From Bryobacteraceae bacterium (GTDB lineage Bacteria > Acidobacteriota > Terriglobia > Bryobacterales > Bryobacteraceae), in NCBI GenBank assembly GCA_049511495.1, contig JBEKXZ010000003.1, forward strand, positions 117,411 to 181,410: a stretch of 64,000 nt of DNA, read 5' to 3'. The notes under the pieces are model-generated. The model had not been told where the DNA came from, ran no database searches, and saw nothing but the letters and a program-made list of their open reading frames with translations. Position 1 is the stretch's first letter. Each line of letters starts with the position of its first letter. Position numbers and translations under genes: made by a program. Below are positions 36,816-45,021 of this stretch, in pieces.

Positions 36816-38021
36816 TCACAAAGCCGCCACCTTGCGGTGCACCAGCAGGAAATACAAACCGAGCGACGCCAGCAACAAACCATCGACGGCCACCACGGTG
36901 GGAGCCGTAAAGATTGGGACGAGCCAGCCCGCCAACAGGTTTCCCATCGGCATTCCGCCGCGAAACGCAAAATTGTACGCGCTCATCACGCGGCCGCGCA
37001 TTTCGTTGGTGGTGATCAACTGCACCAGCGAGTTGACCATGGCGAAGACGCCGACCATGGATGCGCCATTCAGGAACACCAGGACGAAGCTGAGCGCCAG
37101 GGAGCTTGAGAGGGCAAAGCCTGTAATGCCCACACCCATCAGGATCAGCATCGAGAGAGCGATTCTTCCCTTGTGGCCCACGTTGCCCAGGCTGGCGACG
37201 GCCAGCGCGCCCAGCACGGAACCCACTCCGGCGACGGAAATAAACATGGTGTATACTTCCGGCCCGCGATGAAAAACCTGCTTGGCGAAGATGGGCAGGA
37301 AGGTGCGCGAAGGCATGCCCAGCGCGGTCATGGCGAAGGCTAGCACCATCAGCGCTTCCATCGCGCCGTGGCGGCGGATGAAGCGGAAGCCGTCTTTCAT
37401 GCTGTCGAGCACGCTCTCCGCGGTCTTTTCGGGGATCATGCGGATGTGCAGCAGGCTGAGCGAAATAATCGGCGCCAGAAACGAGAGCCCGTTGAGCCCG
37501 AAGCACCAGGCATTGCCCAATTTCACCATCGCCACGCCGCCCAGCATGGGGCCGATCACGGTCGCCGAATTGAACTGGATGGAATTGAGCGCGATGGCGT
37601 TAGGCATGTCCTCCTTTTTCACCAGCGTGGGAATCAGCGCCAGGTAGGCCGGGCCGCCGAACGCCTGCGCGAAGCCGGAGACAAAAGACAGGCTGAGGAT
37701 CTGCCAGACGTGCACCAGGTGGAATACTACCAGCAAAGTGAGCGTGAAGGCCGAGGCCATCTGCACCCACTGCGAAGCGAGCAGCACGCGGCGCCGCTCG
37801 AAGCGGTCGGCGATCACGCCGCCGAACAGGGAGAAGAGGAAGATGGGGATACCGCCGAGAAACATGTCGAGGCCCAGCAGGAAGCCGGATTTCGACAGGT
37901 CGTAGACCAGCCAGGCCTGCGCCACGATCTGCATCCAGGTTCCGATCGAGGAAGTGCAGGCGCCCACCCACATGAGGCGGAAGTCGCGATATTGGAATGC
38001 TTTGAAGACCCGGCGCAGCAC
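36816..38021 (-). CDS. MFS transporter
   Basis: 401 aa with 12 TM segments. N-terminal FQYRDFRLMWVGACTSSIGTWMQ typical of the enterobactin-exporter-like MFS subgroup. GTG start. Confidence 0.85.
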   Translation of the reverse strand: MLRRVFKAFQYRDFRLMWVGACTSSIGTWMQIVAQAWLVYDLSKSGFLLGLDMFLGGIPIFLFSLFGGVIADRFERRRVLLASQWVQMASAFTLTLLVVFHLVHVWQILSLSFVSGFAQAFGGPAYLALIPTLVKKEDMPNAIALNSIQFNSATVIGPMLGGVAMVKLGNAWCFGLNGLSFLAPIISLSLLHIRMIPEKTAESVLDSMKDGFRFIRRHGAMEALMVLAFAMTALGMPSRTFLPIFAKQVFHRGPEVYTMFISVAGVGSVLGALAVASLGNVGHKGRIALSMLILMGVGITGFALSSSLALSFVLVFLNGASMVGVFAMVNSLVQLITTNEMRGRVMSAYNFAFRGGMPMGNLLAGWLVPIFTAPTVVAVDGLLLASLGLYFLLVHRKVAAL

Positions 38022-38202
38022 AATAGAAGGGACGGCGAACGGATAAGACCGTTAATAGGGGATTGTAGCAGGATGGGGCTGGAGGCAAGGGGCGGGCTAG
38101 ATCTACCGCCTGTGGTTTGCGTTCTGCAACTCCGTCGAGTCCGCGCGACGGCGTGCATCATGCCAGCGACGCAGGCGAACCTAACCGGTCACGTCTGGAC
38201 AC

Positions 38203-38394
38203 TCAGGGAACTATGGGCGTGAAGTCCCCGGGCGTGCGCCAGAGGTCCTCCTGTATGGCCGTCACAACGACTTGAGACTGCGGCGCGGAAGAGACGATGG
38301 GAATCGGGAACGGCGACTGCAGTGCGATTTCAAAGGCTCTCCCCTTTGCCTCCCACTCGGCACTTATGAAGTCAGCCAACTTTTGGTTGCCCAT
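38203..38394 (-). CDS. Hypothetical 63-aa protein overlapping the 3' end of the Ntn-hydrolase gene
   Basis: AAGGAGG RBS 9 nt upstream of the ATG, embedded in the last codons of the upstream gene. 23-nt overlap. No domain recognised. Confidence 0.4.
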   Translation of the reverse strand: MGNQKLADFISAEWEAKGRAFEIALQSPFPIPIVSSAPQSQVVVTAIQEDLWRTPGDFTPIVP

Positions 38395-39199
38395 TCGCGT
38401 AAGCCTCCTTGACACGATCAAGATTTGGTTGTGTTTCCTGGACCTGCCCGTCATGAACCGCCGCCAATTCGGCCAAAAGCCCCTCGGAGCAATTCCAGGT
38501 GCTAGCCGCCGATACGACGGCCATTTCTGTATCTCTCCCCACGCCAGGAGCCACCTCGGACGCTCGTTTCGCGCTATATACCGCGAACAGCGCTTCACTC
38601 AGGGTCCGACCTGGGGTGTACCTCCCCAACGAAAAACGCAGGGCAGCGTGCTGTCCACCACTTCCAATAGAGCTGTAGCCGAGCTTATCGAAGCAAAAGA
38701 GACTTCCAGGGTGCGACAGGTAAAATATGTGCGCGCCGGCTACATCTACACCGGCCACGATCAGTTCAAGACCCAAGTTGTAGTTGTTTGATTGAATAAC
38801 GACCTGCTGGTAGAACCCGGCATGGGACGATAGGTAGTTGGGGAACGTTCCTCCGGTACTTCGAAACCTCCGAAGATCAGCGCCAAAGGCCGATCCAATT
38901 ATTGTTTCCTCGATCTTCTCCTCCCGAAACACCGCGTAAGCTTCTTTGGCAGCGTGCGCGACGTTGAGGATATTGGCGGTGACTGTCGCGCTTATAGATC
39001 CCTTGGTTCTGGTGACAACTTCGTCCGCGAAGATTGAATTACCTGCCGCAAGGACGAGGCAGTTGCAGCCGACCGGCTGAATTTTGCTTAACGGCGGCTC
39101 AAACTCCACGTTGAGCGGAGGTCCGGCGGTGAACATTCGATCAGCCGCAATAACCACACGCTTGCCAGCATCGCAGATTGCCGCTATGCAGATCGTCAT
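38372..39199 (-). CDS. Stand-alone proteasome-beta/HslV-like Ntn threonine hydrolase homologue
   Basis: 275 aa. MT-ICIAAICDAGKRVVIAADRMF (Thr directly after the initiator Met, Asp about 18 residues later), LSKIQPV Lys, AAGNS..AD, and a late YSSIGSGG motif occur in the order and spacing of T1-family catalytic residues. GGAG RBS. AT-richer than flanking genes. Confidence 0.6.
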   Translation of the reverse strand: MTICIAAICDAGKRVVIAADRMFTAGPPLNVEFEPPLSKIQPVGCNCLVLAAGNSIFADEVVTRTKGSISATVTANILNVAHAAKEAYAVFREEKIEETIIGSAFGADLRRFRSTGGTFPNYLSSHAGFYQQVVIQSNNYNLGLELIVAGVDVAGAHIFYLSHPGSLFCFDKLGYSSIGSGGQHAALRFSLGRYTPGRTLSEALFAVYSAKRASEVAPGVGRDTEMAVVSAASTWNCSEGLLAELAAVHDGQVQETQPNLDRVKEAYANGQPKVG

Positions 39200-39227
39200 C
39201 TAGGCTCCAAGCTATCCATATCGGATG

Positions 39228-39256
39228 ATTCTATACGTTACTTTAGACCGCTGCAA
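39228..39256 (-). promoter_or_regulatory. Sigma70-like promoter TTGCAG-N17-TAGAAT upstream of the Ntn-hydrolase gene
   Basis: Read on the minus strand: TTGCAG (39256-39251), a 17-nt spacer, then TAGAAT (39233-39228), about 28 nt upstream of the ATG. Confidence 0.35.
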
Positions 39257-39536
39257 TGCACCGCAGTATCGATAGTTAACAAGCGTTAACTGCAAGGCCC
39301 ACGCTGCCCACGCCGAATGGCTGACGCTCCCCGCGACCCCATCTCAATCATATCGGCGGCAGCCAATGTGGATTCTGGCCGTCCAGCGGCTAAAGCCCAC
39401 GGTAGCATGGTGAAACATTTTCGGGCGATGTGTCACCGGGTCGCGGCAAGCTAGCAGTGAGTCGACCACAGATTTGGCGCGCTACCGGCTCGCGCCGGGG
39501 CTGCGGAATTGCTTCTCGCCGCCGCTCTCCGTTATC

Positions 39537-40436
39537 GTGAAAACGAAGGTGCCATCTCAATCGGAACCCGAACAGCCGGGGAAGGTTCGCGTGAATCACC
39601 TGGCGAAGATCAAGCAAAGCGGCGGGAGGATTGCCGCGCTCACGGCTTACGATTTTCTCACCGCCCAACTGCTGGACCGGGCCGGCATCGACCTGATCCT
39701 GGTCGGCGACTCGCTGGCCAACGTGGTTTTGGGCTACCCGACCACCCTCCCGGTGACGATGGACGAGATGCTGCACCACACTAAAGCTGTCGCGCGCGGC
39801 GTCGAGCGGGCGCTGACGGTGGCCGACATGCCGTTCCTCTCCTACCAGGCCGGCCTGGACGACGCGGTTCGCAATGCGGGCCGGTTCTTGAAGGAGGGCG
39901 GCGTCGAGGCGGTGAAGGTGGAAGGTGCGGGCCCGGTTCTCGCCGTGGTTCAGAGACTGGTCGAGCTGGGGATTCCGGTGCTGGGGCATCTCGGGTACAC
40001 GCCGCAGTCGGTCCATCGCTTCGGCAGCAACATCGTGCAAGCGAAAACGGCGGTGCGTGCGGGCGAGCTGCTGAATGACGCGATCGCGCTCGAGGGCGCC
40101 GGGGCGTTTGCCGTGGTGCTGGAATGCGTGCCGGCCGAAGTGGCGCGCTTGATCACCCAGCGGCTGACCGTGCCGACTATCGGCATCGGCGCCGGACCAT
40201 TCTGCGACGGCCAGATTCTGGTGCTGCACGATGCGCTGGGGTTGACGCCGTGGAGCCCGCGCCTGGCCAAACGCTATCTGGAGTTGGGTGGAATGATCTC
40301 CGAGGCCGCTGCTTCCTACATCCGCGAAGTCCGCGAGGGTGCGTTTCCAGCGGCCGAACACTGCTACGAAATGCCGGAGGACGAGTTGCGCGCGCTGGCG
40401 GTGGATGACGAAAGCGGCGACCGGAAGGGCCGCTGA
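39537..40436 (+). CDS. panB: 3-methyl-2-oxobutanoate hydroxymethyltransferase
   Basis: LTAYDFLTAQLLDRAGIDLILVGDSLANVVLGY.TT, VKVEG, IPVLGHLGYTPQS. The start is uncertain (GTG 39537 or 39549; the ORF is open from 39474). Confidence 0.85.
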   Translation: MKTKVPSQSEPEQPGKVRVNHLAKIKQSGGRIAALTAYDFLTAQLLDRAGIDLILVGDSLANVVLGYPTTLPVTMDEMLHHTKAVARGVERALTVADMPFLSYQAGLDDAVRNAGRFLKEGGVEAVKVEGAGPVLAVVQRLVELGIPVLGHLGYTPQSVHRFGSNIVQAKTAVRAGELLNDAIALEGAGAFAVVLECVPAEVARLITQRLTVPTIGIGAGPFCDGQILVLHDALGLTPWSPRLAKRYLELGGMISEAAASYIREVREGAFPAAEHCYEMPEDELRALAVDDESGDRKGR

Positions 40437-41287
40437 TGCGGATCGTAAAGACAATAAGGGAGATGCGAGCGGAGGCGGAGGCCCGGCGGCACGCGGGCGA
40501 GATCGTGGGCCTGGTGCCGACGATGGGTTTCTTTCATGAGGGCCACTTGTCGCTGATGCGGAGGGCGCGGGCGGAGTGCGGGATTGTGGTGGTGTCTCTG
40601 TTCGTGAATCCGACCCAGTTCGGGCCCGGCGAGGATCTCGCGGCATACCCCAGAGACTTCGAGCGGGACTGCGCGCTCGCCGGCGCAGAGGGCGTGGATG
40701 TGTTGTTCGCGCCCGAGACCGGCGAAATGTACGCGGGCGATCACGCCACGTTCGTCAACGTGGAGCGCCTCACCGGAAACTTGTGCGGGGCATCCCGGCC
40801 GGGACATTTCCGGGGCGTGGCGACGGTGGTGGCCAAACTATTCCATGTCTGCCGGCCGCATCGCGCCTATTTCGGGCTGAAAGACTATCAGCAGGTGCGA
40901 GTTATTGAAACGATGATTCGCGACCTGAATTTTGACATTGAGCTGGTGCGATGCCCGATCGTGCGTGAGCCGGATGGTGCGGCGATGAGCTCGCGGAACA
41001 GCTATCTTTCCCCGGAAGAACGCCGCGCCGCCACGATTCTGCGCCGGTCGCTGGTTGCGGCTGGGAAGCGAATTGAGCAGGGGGAGCGCGACGGTGCCGC
41101 GATCGCCCGGCAACTGCGGGAGACGATTGAGACGGAGCCGCTGGCGAGCGTCGATTACGCCGAGGTAGTGGATGCGGAATCGCTCGCGCCGCTCGGCCGG
41201 ATTGACAGCGCCGCGCTGCTTGCCGTCGCGGTCCGCATCGGCCGGGCGCGGCTGATCGACAACCTGGTGGTTGAGGCTGTGACGTAG
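40436..41287 (+). CDS. panC: Pantoate--beta-alanine ligase
   Basis: 283 aa. GLVPTMGFFHEGHLSLMRRAR, FVNPTQFGPGEDL, FGLKDYQQ. TGATG overlap with panB. Confidence 0.9.
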   Translation: MRIVKTIREMRAEAEARRHAGEIVGLVPTMGFFHEGHLSLMRRARAECGIVVVSLFVNPTQFGPGEDLAAYPRDFERDCALAGAEGVDVLFAPETGEMYAGDHATFVNVERLTGNLCGASRPGHFRGVATVVAKLFHVCRPHRAYFGLKDYQQVRVIETMIRDLNFDIELVRCPIVREPDGAAMSSRNSYLSPEERRAATILRRSLVAAGKRIEQGERDGAAIARQLRETIETEPLASVDYAEVVDAESLAPLGRIDSAALLAVAVRIGRARLIDNLVVEAVT

Positions 41288-41370
41288 CGGGTCCGTTGGT
41301 AGATTCGTTCTCGAATCCCTGGCCGCAAACGAGTACTTCGTGGCTGCGGCCCGGCCCTCCCGCCCGGCCC

Positions 41371-42999
41371 CTAAGGCACTGCCTGCTTTTGAAAGCGGTA
41401 TAACTCGAAGGTCGGGCGGCCGCGCATGTCGCATATGACCTCAAGCAGCCGGTGCTCGAAGCCCGCGGCCGCGGCGAAGCGGTCCAGCTTCGGACGGACA
41501 GCGGGGAAGAACTCGAAAGCAGGTACGTGCGTTACCCAGACCGCGTCCGGCGTGGCGATCATGCCGAGCAGCCACTGGCGATCGGTTTGGGTCATATCCG
41601 GCGCCGGAGCCGGGTCCATCCCGTTGCGCAGCGGCAACGCACCGCGGTCGAGCAGGCGCAGGCTCTCGAAGATGTCCCAGTCGGCGCAGTAGACGGCGGC
41701 CGGGCGCCTCGCCATCAAATCGGCGGAGAGCGGAAACAGGGCGTCGCTCCAGGTGTGGCTGCCGCCGTTGCGCACGGATTTCCAAAAATACTCGTTGGTG
41801 ACCAGCACGTCGGAGCCGACCAACAGTGCCAATATGACGGCAACTGCCGGAATTCCGGCACGGCCCAGCCGGCGCGAGGCTGCGGCGAAAGAGACCGCCA
41901 TCACCATCGCCGGCAAAGGCCACAACAGAATCGTGTGATGCACGCTGCCGCCGGCGGAGGGTGTGGTGGCCATCTGGATCCAGGCGACCGCCATGGCGAC
42001 GAGCGCGAACAAGATGGCCCGCAGGTCCCGGCCGCGCGCCAGCGGCGCCAGCACCAGAGCCAGCAGGCAGGCATAAAGCTGCAGGCTGCGCCGCGGATGG
42101 CCGAAGCGCTCCGAAGTCGCGGCGCTGAGGCGCTCGGCCAGATTGGCGGCGGCGCGCGGCGCGGGCGTTTGCCCGTCTTCGGCGAACATGAAGCCAAACA
42201 GACCTTCACCATTGAGGGAGCGTTGGAGTATGGTGATCTTGCCGGGCACCGCGTCCACCGTGCGTCCGGCGTTCTCGCGCAATGCCGCAAAGTGGTCGTG
42301 GATGCCGGAGAGCACCACCGGGAGCGCGCCGGCGAGGAAGGTAAGCGCGGCAATCGCCAGGCGCCGCCAGCTCCATGCCGCCAGAATCTGGCGGGGCACG
42401 GCCGCCAGGGCGCCGATCGCCAACCCCGAGAGCATCCACAGTGCCAGCATCTTGTCCCAAACCGCCAGGCCAAGAAGAAAGCAGCCCGCAGCCAGCCAGA
42501 GAGAGTTCGCCGAACGGTGGAACTTCACCAGCAGCACCAGGCCGGCGCCAATCAGCAGGTGCTGGAGCGCCACCGGACCCCAGTCGAAGGTCGTCGTCAG
42601 CAGGTACTGGGAGTCGGCGGCCAGAATGGCGCATCCAATCACCGCGGCGCGGGCGCCCACGGTCGCGCGCAGGAAGCAGTAGAAGAGCCAGATGCTGACG
42701 GCTCCGGCCAGCAGGGCGGGGAAGCGCAGAGGCCATACGCCGGTACCCCACCATTGAAAAATGGGGCGCCAGATCCATGTCTTGAGAGTGCCCAGGTAGC
42801 TCATGTGCATCAGCGGAATGCGGGCGTGGCCGAAGTGCCAGGCGTAATACCATGACTTGGGCTGATAGAGCGGGCCAGCCGGCAGGGCCTCATCTACCTC
42901 GATGCCGAGGCTGCCTATAAAGGCCATTCCCGACAGCAGGAAAAAGCCGATAGCGGCGGCGGCTTCGATTCGCTCGCGGATTTCGGTTGGAAAGCGCAC
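41371..42999 (-). CDS. Polytopic membrane glycosyltransferase-like protein (ArnT/PMT GT-C type)
   Basis: 542 aa. First loop carries GIEVDEAL (the Asp-Glu motif position of GT-C enzymes). More than 10 TM helices and a soluble C-terminal domain. Confidence 0.6.
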   Translation of the reverse strand: MRFPTEIRERIEAAAAIGFFLLSGMAFIGSLGIEVDEALPAGPLYQPKSWYYAWHFGHARIPLMHMSYLGTLKTWIWRPIFQWWGTGVWPLRFPALLAGAVSIWLFYCFLRATVGARAAVIGCAILAADSQYLLTTTFDWGPVALQHLLIGAGLVLLVKFHRSANSLWLAAGCFLLGLAVWDKMLALWMLSGLAIGALAAVPRQILAAWSWRRLAIAALTFLAGALPVVLSGIHDHFAALRENAGRTVDAVPGKITILQRSLNGEGLFGFMFAEDGQTPAPRAAANLAERLSAATSERFGHPRRSLQLYACLLALVLAPLARGRDLRAILFALVAMAVAWIQMATTPSAGGSVHHTILLWPLPAMVMAVSFAAASRRLGRAGIPAVAVILALLVGSDVLVTNEYFWKSVRNGGSHTWSDALFPLSADLMARRPAAVYCADWDIFESLRLLDRGALPLRNGMDPAPAPDMTQTDRQWLLGMIATPDAVWVTHVPAFEFFPAVRPKLDRFAAAAGFEHRLLEVICDMRGRPTFELYRFQKQAVP

Positions 43000-43743
43000 A
43001 ATGGTTTCTTCGCCACGACGTCATTTCCTGCCGTGACGGAAGTAAACATTGTAAGACGCGGCTCGAAGGGTTGCCCTTTTCGGTCGTGGCATCTAACCCG
43101 CCGCATCGAGCGCTGGCCGGAGCGATGAACGCCGCCCACGCCGTCCCGGGGGCTCGGCAAAGTTGCGGGCAGGTGTATACTGAATCCGCGGGCGGGTTTC
43201 CGCATCCAATTTGTGCAGCGCGATCTAGCAATCGCGCAAGGAAGCGGCAGCCGGTCGATGCTGGTGGCTCCGGCCGGCAGGACGCTAAGCGCAGCCATCG
43301 TAAGCTGGCGCCAATCCGTTACGAGAAGAGAATGGGCGGTTCCTTCCGGAGCCCTTGATCCGCATCTCGCCACGGGCATTGTACCTTGCTGGGGGGCGCG
43401 GCCGTTTGCAAGGGGCGGCGCGCGCCAGGTGCCGGAAAGCGGCGGCAGGGTCAAACGCCGATCACAGGCACTGAAGATTTTTTTGATTCCGCCGATTAGA
43501 GAACGGGTGTGATCGCATCCTTAATGTTCAGGCGCGAGGGCGCAGGTTAATTTGGCATTAAGGTTGCTAGGATTGACCCATCCGGTCGCCGCTCGGGTAG
43601 CGAGGCGGCGAAGTAGCCCTTTTGAGGGGGTGGCCGGGGTGAAACTTTTCGGGCAGCATTTGCCGTCTATGAATGTGCTGGAGGGAGACAGGCCAAGCGA
43701 CAGAGATAAGAGTAATAGGCCATTGGTTGAAGGGAGATGGACC

Positions 43744-44133
43744 ATGAACAGGACAGAGCTGGAAAAATACAAAAGGGTGCTGGAAGCGAAGCAGGCGGAA
43801 CTTGCGGCCGGGCTGCGGAAGCGCGACGACATTGCGATCGAAAAGTCGCCGGATGCGCTTGACGAAGTACAACTGGCGGGGGAACGCGAACTTGCCATTC
43901 GCACGCTGGACCGCGAGTCCATCTTGCTCCGCCACGTGAAAAGTGCGCTAGCTCGCGTTGCTGACGGAAGTTATGGGACCTGCCTGCATTGCGAGGAGGA
44001 GATCAAGCCCAAGCGTCTGGATGCAGTGCCCTGGACGAAGTACTGCATTACGTGCCAGGAAGCTGCCGACCGTCACGAATTCGAATCCGATCCCGGCGAC
44101 GCGACGGACGAGTTTCTGGCCGACGCCGCTTAA
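43744..44133 (+). CDS. DksA/TraR-family C4 zinc-finger protein
   Basis: 129 aa from the internal ATG. Coiled-coil N-terminal half and CLHCEEEI...YCITCQ four-Cys finger. Confidence 0.8.
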   Translation: MNRTELEKYKRVLEAKQAELAAGLRKRDDIAIEKSPDALDEVQLAGERELAIRTLDRESILLRHVKSALARVADGSYGTCLHCEEEIKPKRLDAVPWTKYCITCQEAADRHEFESDPGDATDEFLADAA

Positions 44134-44172
44134 ATTCTCTTGCTTCAACCAGTGGTCTGGTGTCGGGACGAA

Positions 44173-44206
44173 GGGCGCGGGAACATCCCGCGCCCTTTAT
44201 GTTTTT
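44173..44206 (+). terminator. Rho-independent terminator after the DksA-like gene
   Basis: GGGCGCGGGA-ACA-TCCCGCGCCC (10-bp GC stem) followed by TTTATGTTTTT. Confidence 0.7.
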
Positions 44207-44332
44207 GCGAAGCTCGACGGCCAATTTGCCACAGGCGTGCGTCATAATACACACTCGCAGTCTCGCGTGTCATGGTTTTGGGGGTTGTGGCGCAATCGGG
44301 CCGTGTTATCTTTTGGAGATAGAGGCCGCTCC

Positions 44333-44932
44333 GTGGAGTTTCTATACCGCGCGCCAGGCCGGCCCTCGCACATCGGCATTCTGCCGGGCGCTTTTAATCC
44401 CGTTACGGTGGCGCATCTGGCGCTGGCGCGTGCAGCTCTGGCTCGGGTTGACGAAGTGCTGTTCGTGCTGCCGCGGAGTTTTCCGCATAAGGAATACTCG
44501 GGCGCCGGGATTGAGGCGCGGGCGGCCTTGCTGTTGGCGCTGGCCGCGGGCTCCGCGTCCTTCTCCGTGGCGTGCGCAGACGGGGGGCTCTTCGTCGAGA
44601 TCGCCCGGGAGTGCCGTGTCGCTTATGGGGGTAGCGTGCGGATGTCGATGTTATGCGGGCGCGACGCCGCGGAGCGCATCGTTCACTGGGACTACGGCGT
44701 GCCGGGAGCGATCGAAAAAATGCTCGAGGAATTCGGCCTGCTGGTGGCCGCGCGCCGCGGTGAGTACGCCCCGCCGCCAAGCCTTGCGCACGCCATTGGC
44801 CGGCTGGAACTGGGTGGCGAGTTCGACCAGGTGTCGGCTACGGAGGTGAGGCGGCGTATTGCCGCCGGAGATGCCTGGGAGCACCTGGTACCGGCTCTGG
44901 TGCGCGATCGGGTGCGGCGGCTGTACCGTTGA
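44333..44932 (+). CDS. Cytidylyltransferase-fold protein, NadD-like nucleotidyltransferase
   Basis: About 199 aa from GTG 44333. GILPGAFNPVTVAHLALA matches the (H/T)xGH-type nucleotidyltransferase motif region, and SATEVRRRI matches the C-terminal ISST-like motif region. Confidence 0.6.
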   Translation: MEFLYRAPGRPSHIGILPGAFNPVTVAHLALARAALARVDEVLFVLPRSFPHKEYSGAGIEARAALLLALAAGSASFSVACADGGLFVEIARECRVAYGGSVRMSMLCGRDAAERIVHWDYGVPGAIEKMLEEFGLLVAARRGEYAPPPSLAHAIGRLELGGEFDQVSATEVRRRIAAGDAWEHLVPALVRDRVRRLYR

Positions 44933-45021
44933 GATTCGGTTCGGTTTCTTGCCCGGTTTTTCGCGCCCACCCTCAACACGCACCAGGCCGCCGGCGCGAT
45001 CGTGTATCAGAACAAACGCCG

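Noticed and set aside
43238-43252. AAGGAAGCGGCAGCC, reminiscent of the SRP RNA domain IV GGAAGCAGCC motif
   Set aside because: The motif is imperfect, with an extra G. No complementary 3' strand or closing helix of the expected size is present nearby.
42915-43512. ORFs of 99-179 aa inside the long spacer upstream of the DksA-like gene
   Set aside because: They have shadow-type composition, no RBS and no motifs. The region is treated as non-coding (see the corresponding finding).
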